A DNA stretch of 64,000 bases from a virus (Duplodnaviria; Caudoviricetes), in the IMG/VR virus record IMGVR_UViG_3300021387_000025, positions 1 through 64,000 of that record; one strand, 5' to 3'. The position numbers and the translations under genes are program-made. Below, piece by piece: positions 53,401-64,000 of this stretch. The notes beneath the pieces are model-generated. The model saw only the letters and a list, made by a program, of their open reading frames with translations. It made no database searches and was not told where the DNA came from. Each line of letters starts with the position of its first letter. The first letter of the stretch is position 1.

Positions 53401-56400
53401 ATTTTTCAGCTCCAGTATTTGCAAAATTGCTTACAAGCTGATCCAGAGTCTATTCTGCTAATAATCCAATTTCATCTAAATCATCGTATTTTTCTAATTC
53501 CTTCAAGTACTAAGGATTTCGCGCTGCCATGTCTTGAATAGCAGTTACCCACTCCTCAGCAGTCGCATCTGATAATTTAGCAATAAATTGAGGTAGCATT
53601 TCATTAGATAGTCCATCTATACCAAGTAAACTTAAATCAATGTCCTAATCAGTAGCTCGCTAAATAATTTCATTTAAATATTCTTTATCAGTTAAAGTGT
53701 CTTGGTAAGTACCCTTTATCTAACCATACTCATCATATATGTTTCTTGTAATGGCCTTACCGTCTAAGCCAGCTGTTAATCCAAAAATCGCAGCCTTAGT
53801 TTCAGACTATTCACGACCCCTACCTAACAAATCATTTGTTTGATTATTAATAGCAGTAACAATATTATCTAATTTATCACCAATATAAAGATATGAACCA
53901 TCTTCACGATATGTAAATTCAGATACATTAACTCCAGCTTCAACTAATTTATCATAATCATCTTTTGAGAAATTACGATTCTATTCACCATTACGAATAT
54001 TATTTGCTAATTTAACTAAATCTGGTAACTATTCAGAAAGTTTTTCAACATCAATTGTTGCTAATGAGTGTGCACGATTTTTAATTAATTCAATAAAGCT
54101 ATCAAAATCTTGTTCTGCTCCCGATAAATCAAAACCTAAACTTATTAATGTTTCTTTAAAACTATCAACATCTTCTTCAGAATTTAAGGCTACAGTAGAA
54201 AATGCTCCTACTACTTTTTCTAATTTTTCAACATCTTCAGTTACATCTGTGCCTATTAAGTTTCCTAACCTTTCAATAATTTCCACGCCAAAGGCACCAT
54301 CATCAGCAGGAACATACTACTGTAATTGTTTAGCAAAAGAATCGATTGTACTTGAAGCAAACTAATCAGTAGCATCTTTAAAATTCTAATTATTTAAACT
54401 ATTATAAGCATTATCAATTGAAGTCTGTGCAACAATAATACTTGTAGCAAATTCTTTTGCCCATTCTCCATATTTTTCTTGCCCACCTAATGCCGCCTAT
54501 TCAGCAGGACTTAAACTATCCCAATATGCCTTAATCGCTCGCGCTAACGGAGAATTTGCATCCTAAAGATCTTGTATATTAGCATCTTTTAAGCCTTGTA
54601 TAATGTTATCCTCAGTAAGGCTATTAAGTTTTTCATAAATGCTATCTAAATCAGACTATTTTAAGTTTTCCCCGGTTTTTCCTTGAAACGCTTTGGCAAC
54701 GGTACCTTCTAATCCAGCTATAGTCTTTGTGTATGACTCCAATTCTTTCGCAGCTTTATTAGCAGTGCGCCACGATGCAAAAGCATTTTTTACATCATCG
54801 TCAGCCAAACCTTTTGTTTTTCCGTTTAAATCAAATTTACCATTATAAGTATTGTAACTAGTAATACCATAAGTCTCTCTTAAAAAATTTTTATAATCTT
54901 CTTCAACGTTAGCGTCTCCACTCTATTTCTATCGCTGCAGGCCATTCTTTAAATTTTCACGTTCTTCCTTGTACATATCAGAAAAACGAGAACCATTGTC
55001 AAGAAAATTCTAAGCATATTCTTGTGCATCCTCGTCTAAGTCAGTTAATGATAATGCTAACCCTCCTAGAGCAGTCCCAAAGCTATCTAATTGAGCGTTA
55101 ATTGAAATTAAACTTTCTCCTTGTTTAGCTATCTCATCAAAATCTAAAATGCCACCATAAAGCTTCTCTTCAATACCAAAATTATCCTTAACATACTGAT
55201 AAAGCTATTCATTATTACGAATTAGACCTTCTGCAACGGCAACAGCAATTGTATCAGTTTGTTCATCAGTTAATGCTGATTCAAGATGTGTAATTCCATC
55301 CTGATCACGAGTTTCTACACTAAGATCCATGACGGATCGAGGCTCTATTAAAAATGCCTATTCTCTTAAATTATTTATATTTGCGCCAATCTAACTAATA
55401 TTTCCTAAATTTTCGCGGGATTGATAATCTGTCATAATAGCATCGTAATTAGTAATTCTTAAAACGCCATTATCATTTTCAATCTATAATTCTTTATATT
55501 GATTTAATAACTCTAATACTTCTTGATTATTAGCACGAACTGCTTCAGTCCATTCTTTAGTACCTTCAATTAATTCATCTATTTTACTTGCAGATTCAGC
55601 TAAATCTTCATAGCTTTCTCTTAAAGTATTGACAGCTTCAGTCGCTTGATTAGCTGCCTCGCTTGCCGATTCTAAAGTGGCTTTAGTTCGTTCTGCGGCC
55701 TCGGTAGGAGTTTCAATTACTTCAGTCAATATCGTAATTAATGCAATTATTGCACTAATAATTGCCGCAATCCAACCAATAATCGGAATATTCCAAATTG
55801 TTTCAGAAACTTCAATTCCAAATATTTTAAATGCATTAGCTACCATCGGTAAAATTGAGCCAACACTCATTAATGCAACACCTATCGTTTTTAAGACTTT
55901 TGTTGTACCGTTAGACTACCCAGAAACTTTTTCAATTATAGTTCCTAAACCTAGTAGTGTCGATCCAATTCCCATCATAGCTGTCTAAGTAATATTTAAA
56001 GCTTGTTGCTAGTTTTTAAATGTCACTCCTAATTTATCAGCCTATTCTCCAGTAATTGACATCTAAATTCCTGCTTCTTTAGCTTCTTGAGTATATTTGG
56101 CTAAACTTTCAGCATCAGTAATAGCTGATTTTTCTAACTTCTTAAAAATTTTTAATTGCTATTCATTTAATATATTTTCATCAACCGACTATAAAGCAGT
56201 ATCAAAAATATTTTGTATGTTGTTTTGATTTAAATTAAAATCTATATCACTTAAATCAACTGTTTTTAATCCAAGCTAGCCAGCACTTAATTTAGATGAA
56301 AATTTCTTTGCTAACCAATCTTTGATATTTCCAAATTTATCTTTAATTCCTTCTGCTAAATTTTCTCCAACGTTTTTACCAATTTTAGTAATAGCAGACT

Positions 56401-58855
56401 TCTCACCTCTAAAAGCCATTCCCAGTTGAGCAATGTAACCTTTAATACCACTTTCTGGATTACCAAAAAAACTATTAAATAATGAACGCCCTAATTTTAA
56501 TCCACCAACAGAAATGCCAATTGCGGCGATCGACTTCAGTAATCCATTACCACCACTAATAGTATCAATAACTTTATTAAGAGCATTAATCAAACCAGTT
56601 AACATATCAACCGCACCCTTAATAATATCACTATTAGTAATAGACATCAAAAATTGATCCCAAGCATTTTTTAACTTAGTCAATTTTGTTTCTAAAGATT
56701 CAAGTGTTTTGTTATATTGCTCAGTAGCCGCACCATTAGCATCTTGCGCAGCAGCAGTCAACTCCTATGTACGTCTATAGTCTGACATAAGAGCAATAAA
56801 ACGAGACTGCTGACGAGAACCGGCCGCCATAGTCGCGATATATCTTTGTTGAACGATATCTAAGTCATCCCACTTAGAAGCCAATTCCATAAAAATTTCG
56901 TCAAGACCTTTTTGCCCAACCAGGAACTCATTCAAATTAATTCCAGCTGTCCTTAAAGCCTTAGAAACTTTATTAACATCGATTTCTTCGCCTTCTTCAT
57001 CAGTTCCAAGTAATTCGCCCTTTGAATATAAGTCTTTAACTTCAGAAAAACGTGCAACAACAGTCTTTAATGCAGTACCAGCAGTTTCTGCAGATTCACG
57101 AGTGGTTTCAATAATTTGTGCCAAAAACGCCGCGGTATTTTCAAATTGCATATTTGCAGAATTAGCAAGAGAAGCAACCTTAGTCATAGCTACTGAAATT
57201 TCATCAACATCAGAAGCAGAAATCGCAGCCAGTTTAGAATAAACATCTGCAATATTGTCAGCATTAGCCTCGTTAATTTCCATGTTGAAACCACGAAGAG
57301 CATTGGTTACACGGTCGGTTGCCTCTGCCGCATCAAGTCCAGCAATACGCGCCATTCTTAATGTAGCATTTGTAACTGCCATAACTTCGTTAGTTTTTAA
57401 ACCTTGCTGATAATAAAGGGTAGACGCTTCATAAACATCGTGGATAGATACACCAAGCTCGTTTGCACGTTTTGTGTACTCAGGTAACTTAGTCCACATG
57501 TCTCCAACGGAAAATTCAGTAACAACAGCGGTTTCAGTCATGACTTTATCAAGATCTTTAACCGTATCCATGGCAGAGCGAATAGCTCGTTTAAATAATC
57601 TTACAGCATTTCCAATAGAAAAGAATTGTAATATATTATTACGCATCTGATCTAATTGTTTAGCCGATTCAGACATTTCATGAATAGAACCGCTAGCTTG
57701 ATCAAATCCCCTAACAGCTTCTTCGCTTGCTGAACGAGAGGCAACCAAAGCTTCATTAATTTTTTCAATTGTTTCTGTGGCTCCGGCGCCGCCCTTAGCT
57801 CTAATCTCTTCTATCTTTTCTTCTAATATTTCAAAAGAAGTTATACTCTCAGGATCAATACCAAATTTATCCCAAGGTACATCAGTCATCTTCAATAATG
57901 AATCTTTGACCTTTTCAAAGGCGTCGCTTTTTACTTGGGCTAAATTATCATTTAATTCTTTAAGTCGAGTTTTTGCAGATTCAGACTACTTTCCTAAATC
58001 TTCAACCGCTCTTGAAGCTTTATCTAAATTTGAGCTATCTGATCTAGCATTAGATAATTCAGTTTTTAATTCTTCCTATTTTTTTCGCGCTTGAGCTAAT
58101 TCTTCATAAGCCTATGTAAGATCCTACACTTCTTTAACTTCTGGCAGTGTCCCATTTCTCTAAGCTTTATCATACGCTGCTTTCCAGCCAGATTTAGTTC
58201 CAGACTTATTTTTATACTCAGCTTTAAATTCTTCTTCAGTCTAAACTCTAGTTTTTACTTCTTTTTCAGCTAATTCAATAATTCTTTCTCTTTCTTGAAC
58301 AAGCTTTTTTGTTTCATTAATTTCCTGTTGAATTTCTTCAACAGCACGATTTTTTGAAACTCGATCATTATATAAGCTCTATAATTCGGTTTGTTTTCTT
58401 AAATCTTTTTCTAATTTCTCTGCCGCCGCAGCCTACTCACGAACAGCTTTTGCAGCTTTACCAATATTACTTTCAGAATTATTTAACTCACGATTATAAT
58501 CTTTAATAATCTTTGTTAATTTATCTAAACTTTTTTGATCTGCATCAAGTAATTTATTCTGAACTTTACTTGACGAAATACGATTGTTTAATTGCTGCCA
58601 CAAACTTCCAATTCGATCAAAACTTTTTGCAACCGACTTTTCATCAACAATACTTAATTCTTTATTTCCTGTTTTATTCTAAATGTTTTTAATCTCTGAT
58701 TCTAAATTTGCAAAAAGATTTTTAAAATCGTCTTTCATGCCATCTGTCAAACTTAGTTTTGACAATTCAATTCTGACTTTATTAATTTCATTCTAAAAGC
58801 CAGTAATATTAGCACCAATATCAATAGTGGCTTTTATCGTAGTGTCCCTTGGCAT
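50432..58855 (-). CDS. Tail tape measure protein of about 2807 aa (many TAG=Gln)
   Basis: Six track ORFs share one frame. TMP core (LDKVMTETAVV, ETAGTALKT, AGSRQQSRF), a hydrophobic stretch, a C-terminal SH3b-like domain and YKQGGLADFTGPAWLDG..PEMVL. Confidence 0.9.
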
Positions 58856-58869
58856 TCTTTTCCTCCAAT

Positions 58870-58903
58870 AAAAAAATCGGCATTAACTTTCATTAATGCC
58901 GAA
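58870..58903 (-). terminator. Intrinsic terminator
   Basis: Minus-strand TCGGCATTAA-TGAAAG-TTAATGCCGA-TTTTTTT. Confidence 0.75.
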
Positions 58904-58910
58904 ATTCCTA

Positions 58911-59693
58911 TTATAAGTCGCTTTCTATATCATCGCTTAAAAAGTACATTTCACTTACATAAGCATCCGTTCTCGACCCCACTGGCATGCCCACACCTTT
59001 AAACACTCCAACTAATGGAGAAGCTTGTGAACCCAGCTTTATAGATAAATCCGACATCAATTTAAGTTTTGGAATTTTTATAATTCCAGTTACGACCTTA
59101 CCCGTTTCATCATCTTTTATACGGGTGCGGCCCTCTAAACTAACAAATCCATTTAAAAGCCGTTGTCCAATGCGGCATACCTTTGCTCCATTCGTATAAT
59201 TATAAGTATATGTAACAATTAGCTCTTGATAAGGTTTCTATGCAGTAATTATATCCTAATTTATATAATAATAAATTGGTAAGCCAGTTTCTTTATCATA
59301 TACAAATAAGTCACCAGATGGAATATTTTTTAATTTTGCATGTCTATCTTCATCACTTTCTACTTCTTCATAGGCGCTAATCTAAATTGGAGTTTCATCT
59401 TCTTCAATCAGCATTTTTGAATTATACATTAAACTAAATTGATCTTTTGAAAAAACTCCCTATGAAAAAGTAAGATTTAGTTCTCTTGTTGTTTCCCAAA
59501 AAACGTGCGCTCGATTATCAAAACCACCTCGCGCGGCCACATAATCTTTTACTTCATTTAATCCTGCAATTTGAATTTTATCAAATCGCGCCAATACTTC
59601 TCCTTCCTAAATAATCCTCTTAGGGGTCTCTATATCATAAGTAGATTTTATGAACACGTTCTCGAAATCTTTGAAGCTAAACTGTTCACTCAT
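58911..59693 (-). CDS. Divergent paralogue of the major tail protein (TAG=Gln); absent from the ORF track
   Basis: AARGGFDN..VFWETTRELNLTFS-Q-GVFS aligns with DARGGKGN..VTWDYGKEITVSIEDALFS, and IPKLKL aligns with IPKAKM. AAGGAG SD. Confidence 0.75.
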
Positions 59694-59708
59694 TTCCTCT
59701 CCTTAAAC

Positions 59709-59738
59709 AAAAAGCGGAGGAAGCAAGCCTCCTCCGCC
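59709..59738 (-). terminator. Intrinsic terminator after the major tail gene
   Basis: Minus-strand GCGGAGGAGGC-TT-GCTTCCTCCGC-TTTTT. Confidence 0.8.
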
Positions 59739-59758
59739 TAATATGCAATATTTACTTA

Positions 59759-60658
59759 TTATGCTTCAAGGTCATACTGCACAAGTTTCATCATATCGCC
59801 ATCTTCTGGACGAAGAACTGTAAGGTTCATATTGAATACAGAAGGATCGCCTTCAGCTTCAAGAGTAATTGTCTGTTCAGCAGTCATCTTAGCCTTCGGG
59901 ATGATGAACTGGAAGAACTGATCCTTACCAGTAACATCTGAACGAGCATATGTATCGCCCTGAATATAGTATGTGCCTGGGAACGAATCACCAGAAATGG
60001 TAATTGTCTTTGTAGTAGCCTTTACCCAGTAAGTAAACATAAACTTGTGTCCAGCATAAGCGCCAGTGCCGTCTTGCTGACCTGTGCTATACAGAGCCTT
60101 TAAGTCACTAGCTGTAAAAGCTTCATCGAGCACTGTTCCATCTTCGTCATATAACTTAGATGCCGCGCCAGTAATACTGAAACTAATTTGATTATCAAGC
60201 GCAACCATACCAACAGGAGCGACTGCATCAGGACCAATATAAAGCTTTGCACGCTTACTACCTTCATTAACGTCATAAATATCTGCCGTTACATAACTTA
60301 CTGCAGCTTTGGTGTAGCCTTCAGCGTTCTGGCCCATACGAATTACAGCTGTCTTCATAATATAACCGCCAGCGCCCTGAGCAACAGTGCCATCGCCAAG
60401 CATGATAGACATGGACTTCGGGCTAAACAGCGCATCTTCAATACTAACTGTGATTTCCTTACCGTAATCCCAAGTTACAAGTTTCGGATTACCTTTACCA
60501 CCGCGGGCGTCAACCTGCTCAGCAGTTTGCTCGATGGTAGAAACCTTTAAGGTATCAAGGTAAAGTACGGGTTTGCCAGGAGTACCATCTGGATTGATCT
60601 CATACATGGTTACGTCAGCAACTTCCTTAATACCATAACGATCAAGAATACTAGCCAT
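59759..60658 (-). CDS. Major tail tube protein
   Basis: Located between the neck genes and the TMP, with high-expression-type codon usage and its own terminator. ARGGKGN and EGDPSVF motifs; no TAG. Confidence 0.8.
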   Translation of the reverse strand: MASILDRYGIKEVADVTMYEINPDGTPGKPVLYLDTLKVSTIEQTAEQVDARGGKGNPKLVTWDYGKEITVSIEDALFSPKSMSIMLGDGTVAQGAGGYIMKTAVIRMGQNAEGYTKAAVSYVTADIYDVNEGSKRAKLYIGPDAVAPVGMVALDNQISFSITGAASKLYDEDGTVLDEAFTASDLKALYSTGQQDGTGAYAGHKFMFTYWVKATTKTITISGDSFPGTYYIQGDTYARSDVTGKDQFFQFIIPKAKMTAEQTITLEAEGDPSVFNMNLTVLRPEDGDMMKLVQYDLEA

Positions 60659-60680
60659 TCTTTAAATAGCCTCCTTATTT

Positions 60681-61412
60681 TTAATCATCTAAATTTCTAA
60701 TCCAATATTTTGGTTTTACTTTTTTGCTATCTGCGCCCGCTAACAAACTACGAATATCTATATCGTATTTTTCTTTCTCTTGATATGTGGCCAAAAGAAT
60801 AGGGATCGCTGCATAGCTTAACTCTCCAATATTAAGTGGATTTAATCCATAACCCATACAACAAATTGATGAAATTGTGGATAATAAATTTAACCCCAAA
60901 CCCTTTTTAGCTTTAACACGATCACGATAACGTGCTTTAGCTTTCATAGCCTTAATTCGAGGATTTTCATCTGGATTCGGCGGTTCAATTGGTTTTCCTC
61001 CAATTGATTCTCTTATTAAATTCTAAAAATCAAAATAATCTTCTTCTTTCAAAAGACGAAGACTTTCTATTGACTTCGTTCCAGAAACACTTCCAATTAA
61101 AATCTATTTCTGTTCAAATAAATAAGTTACTTCTTCGTGTAAAAAGAAAAATAAAGCTTTATCTAATAATTCCTTAAACTACTAATTATTATAAGCGTTA
61201 TTTAGCAAATATTCAAAAGGAGTTAATAATTCTTTTAAATCAATTCCTCTTTCAACATATTCATCTTCTATTTCTTCCTAAGAAAAAGTTAATAATTTCA
61301 TGTACAAATAATATTCGTGATTAAGAGCGATGTCGCGAACTTTTGGCGGATAAATATAACAAATATCTTTAAAATTAACTGGCTCACCAAAATAAAAAGC
61401 TAAATTATTCAT
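60681..61412 (-). CDS. Tail/neck-region hypothetical protein (TAG=Gln)
   Basis: ATG 61412 is in frame with track ORF 60681..60947. IYPPKV..I and a C-terminal LAGAD....YW. Confidence 0.75.
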
Positions 61413-61893
61413 AATCCTCCATTACAAAAGTCATTTCATAACAAGAAATTTCTTCAGTAATAAAATTTAAATCAAATCCAACATGCTCTAATCTACCAAT
61501 ACCATTTATAACTTTATGATTTAAAGATTTTAAAATTTCTCCCATAATACAAAAAGGTCTTAAATTTGTGTCTTTAATAAACCACTATGTCAAAGGGACA
61601 AATACTTCAATACATAATGTAATATTATTAAATTCATCATTTGACCTATCTGCAGAAGCTCTAACAACTCTAAGAGAAATTAAACTCTAAGCTGTTTCTT
61701 TTGGGCCAACACGAGGAACTACTTTAATTAATTTTTCAAAGATTTCATCTTCAATCTGTGTCTGAGTTAAATCTTCTTTTGATAAAGGATCTTTATCAGA
61801 ATAATATAATAATTTTAATAATTGCTAGTTAGCCTATAATCTATTTACAATCTTCTAAAGATTAATACCTAATTCACCTAAATTACGAACCAT
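61405..61893 (-). CDS. Putative tail terminator/neck protein (TAG=Gln); absent from the ORF track
   Basis: LLKLLYY..DPL and LRPF.IMGEI..L..GIG; GGAGG SD. Confidence 0.7.
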
Positions 61894-62623
61894 CGCGCGC
61901 CTCCTACACTCCATACTTCAACCAATAAAAATCTTTTGGATCATCGCTTTCTGTTTCTTCTGGCGGAGGGGTTAAATCATATTCATAAATAGGATCGATA
62001 GTTACATATTCAACTCCTTTAGAAGATTGAATATCATAACCTGTAACGCGATAATATTCTTGTAAAGGTTTCTCACCTACGATTAAATAATCATCTTTTC
62101 GAAGATAAGGAGTAGTTGGTAAAATAAAAAAGCTCGATTTTAAATTTTCCGTATAAAGTGTGTCCATACGGCTTCGAGATTTTAATTCATCTTTTAGCAT
62201 ATTGTCTTCTTGACCATACAAATAAGCCCAAGACTTATGTTCTTTTTTATCCCGTCCGGTCCACTTCAAAAAATGGGTCATATGTAACATAATATAACGA
62301 TTATATCCACTAGCTTTTATTTTTTCTAAATAATAAACCATCCAAGGTTCTTCAATATCATCTTTATCTGGAAGCCATAAAACAGTTCCAGATGGAATAT
62401 TTACATTTACACGGGTTAATAAATAATGTAAAGTTTTTGTATCATCCTATTTATACTTTTCAAAACTACCAATTTGAGTTTCACCTTCCCAATCAAACTC
62501 TATTAAATATACACTTTTAGATAAATAATACTCAAAGCCTATTTCTCTTTTTTTCTAAATGCGAGACTAATAATCATTTCCATATCGAGAAAGTCGATGC
62601 GAGTAAATATCCAAGTATTTCAT
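61883..62623 (-). CDS. Putative head-closure/neck protein (TAG=Gln)
   Basis: ATG 62623 is in frame with track ORF 61904..62341; readthrough continues to TAA 61883. Confidence 0.7.
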
Positions 62624-62625
62624 TA

Positions 62626-62910
62626 TTACACCTCGCTATTAAGAAGATCCACTAAATCAGAGCTGCCAAGAAGATTCATACAATCAAAAATAGTTTTTCG
62701 AAAGTATTTATAATTTAAATACCTAAGAGAATGAATCTTATGCATTAGTGTTAAATAATTAATTGTCCATTCTTCTTCTGGTACATTAAATAATTCGGTG
62801 ACAATGCTATCTAAAAAAGATTCCCATTGTCCTTTATTTTCAAACTCACAAAGCAAACCAAATAATTTATTTTTTAATCGGTTAATATAACCTTCTTCGA
62901 TAGGAGTCAT
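62626..62910 (-). CDS. Hypothetical protein in the head-tail region
   Basis: ATGA overlap; 94 aa. Confidence 0.7.
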   Translation of the reverse strand: MTPIEEGYINRLKNKLFGLLCEFENKGQWESFLDSIVTELFNVPEEEWTINYLTLMHKIHSLRYLNYKYFRKTIFDCMNLLGSSDLVDLLNSEV

Positions 62911-63335
62911 TCTTGATCTGCCAAATGTCGATATTCAAACGGTTTCTTATTTACTGACCGATAATAAATAGCTTCTAAGCGTCTCGCATTGGCTTGTTCG
63001 GCGGCCAGCATCTGATTAAATTTATCAATTAAGTTTGCTTGTGAAAAATCACGTTCTACATATAATGGTTTCACATTTTCCCATGTTAAAATGGTACGAT
63101 TTAACCATTCACATTTCATATAAGCTGCCAATATTTGAATTTCATCATTTGTTAAATCATCTTCAAAACCGCAACTTGTATACTCTAAAGAGACTCTAGG
63201 AAATTTAAAGCGCATAATTGCAGCTTGCAATAAAGAAAAAAGATCCTATCTTAATTCTCCTTCATCCCAGTCTTCCCATTCATCTTCTAAAATTTTGCTT
63301 AAAAAAGCATCATAAACCACATCAAAAGAAGTCAT
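62907..63335 (-). CDS. Putative head-tail adaptor protein (1 TAG=Gln)
   Basis: MTSFDVVYDAFLSKI..., LTNDEIQILA.YM..EW and DFSQAN; AAGGAGG SD. Confidence 0.75.
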
Positions 63336-63336
63336 A

Positions 63337-63810
63337 TTATGCCTCCTTATTCTGCGCGCTTAAACGGATGGCCTGAATAATATCACGACCACAAAGCTCC
63401 TTTAAGAATTCTGCTTTATCAAAATCAGCAAGCCTATTAGCAACTGCATAATCTGCTAATTGCACAATCTGCTCATAACTTAATTTTTTAACTTTCTCTT
63501 TAAACTCTTTCAAAGAAAGATTTACCATATAACGTCTACGCTCTTTATCATTCAGCACGATAATGTTCACTGGCTCTGCCGCATCTTCAGGCTCAAGTCC
63601 AAGCTCCTGCTTTTCTTTCATGTCCTCAATATACAACATACCAGTATCAATCATATATTTAAAACCGCGGTCATACATTAACTGCTCTAAAATTTCTGAG
63701 TCAACGGCATAGGTAGCGCCCTGTGCAATCCATTCATGCCGGAAAGGAATTTCACGAACTTCTACTAAAATAGAACCACGGATAGTACTCACAATATTAA
63801 TTTTACTCAT
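63337..63810 (-). CDS. Hypothetical protein following the capsid gene
   Basis: 157-aa ORF with AAGGAG SD. Confidence 0.75.
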   Translation of the reverse strand: MSKINIVSTIRGSILVEVREIPFRHEWIAQGATYAVDSEILEQLMYDRGFKYMIDTGMLYIEDMKEKQELGLEPEDAAEPVNIIVLNDKERRRYMVNLSLKEFKEKVKKLSYEQIVQLADYAVANRLADFDKAEFLKELCGRDIIQAIRLSAQNKEA

Positions 63811-63839
63811 TAAAAAATTCTCCTTTTACTCCTTTTAAT

Positions 63840-63873
63840 TAAAAATGGGAGAGGGAGTTAGTCCCTCTCCCTT
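63840..63873 (-). terminator. Intrinsic terminator after the capsid gene
   Basis: Minus-strand GGGAGAGGGA-CTAAC-TCCCTCTCCC-CATTTTT. Confidence 0.8.
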
Positions 63874-63883
63874 ATGATTATCC

Positions 63884-64000
63884 TCAGATATTTTCGTAAG
63901 GATTATAATATGTCTGGTCAACGCCAGTGTTCTTGTAAACACCCCAGTTATAGTGTGTAAGAATTGCGCAACCCATTTTCTTGTAAGCATAAACTTCAAG
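63884..64000 (-). CDS. C-terminus of the probable major capsid protein (partial)
   Basis: LEVYAYKKMGCAILTHYNWGVYKN..., followed by a terminator and then head-tail genes. Confidence 0.6.
   Translation of the reverse strand, partial: LEVYAYKKMGCAILTHYNWGVYKNTGVDQTYYNPYENI

Noticed and set aside
4681-61177. Many short antisense or alternate-frame track ORFs (e.g. 4681, 5187, 9049, 9321, 10670, 15443, 20544, 23511, 36396, 42024, 55677, 57777, 60188, 60989)
   Set aside because: They are shadows of well-supported genes on the other strand or frame, with no SD or recognisable motifs.
8008-63335. Decayed prophage with many pseudogenes
   Set aside because: Interruptions are essentially all TAG, fragments stay in frame and SD/start/stop overlaps are intact. 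Decay would also produce TAA, TGA and frameshifts.
1-64000. TAG as pyrrolysine or another residue
   Set aside because: TAG is too frequent, occurs in tandem and sits at positions where paralogous motifs have Gln. No pyl genes are seen.

Overview
This window is 64 kb of a large, AT-rich tailed (siphovirus-like) phage genome. The host is probably an anaerobic Firmicute, inferred from sigma-A promoters, AAGGAG Shine-Dalgarno sites, a class III ribonucleotide reductase and an NlpC/P60-SH3b lysin. The dominant feature is TAG reassignment to a sense codon, almost certainly Gln (genetic code 15). The supplied ORF track fragments or misses dozens of genes. Reading TAG as Gln joins the fragments into full-length, tightly packed genes that all end in TAA or TGA, for example a 2807-aa tape measure, a 1630-aa tail-tip protein, RecJ, NrdD, NrdG and RuvC. 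Layout: accessory/nucleotide genes, a holin, a ligase and a helicase (1-8 kb); a minus-strand tail-fibre and lysin operon (8-18.4 kb); a plus-strand replication and nucleotide-metabolism block (18.6-43.9 kb); and a minus-strand head/neck/tail block (43.9-64 kb). TAG use is strongly non-random. The replisome and the major tail protein have none, dNTP-supply genes and RecJ have exactly one each, and most nucleases, the holin and most minor structural proteins have several to many. Two promoter classes are visible: ten sigma-A-type promoters and four copies of an apparently phage-specific TAAW-N17-CTACTT motif, each in front of a TAG-containing gene. Other notable items are a terminator/antiterminator leader before the fibre/lysin operon, an amber-locked membrane-anchored GIY-YIG nuclease, a homing endonuclease carrying a duplicate GyrB N-terminus, and strong enrichment of GGCGCGCC and GCGGCCGC. 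I found no suppressor tRNA, release factor, sigma factor, CRISPR array or rRNA in this window. All product calls come from motif recognition by eye, not from database searches.
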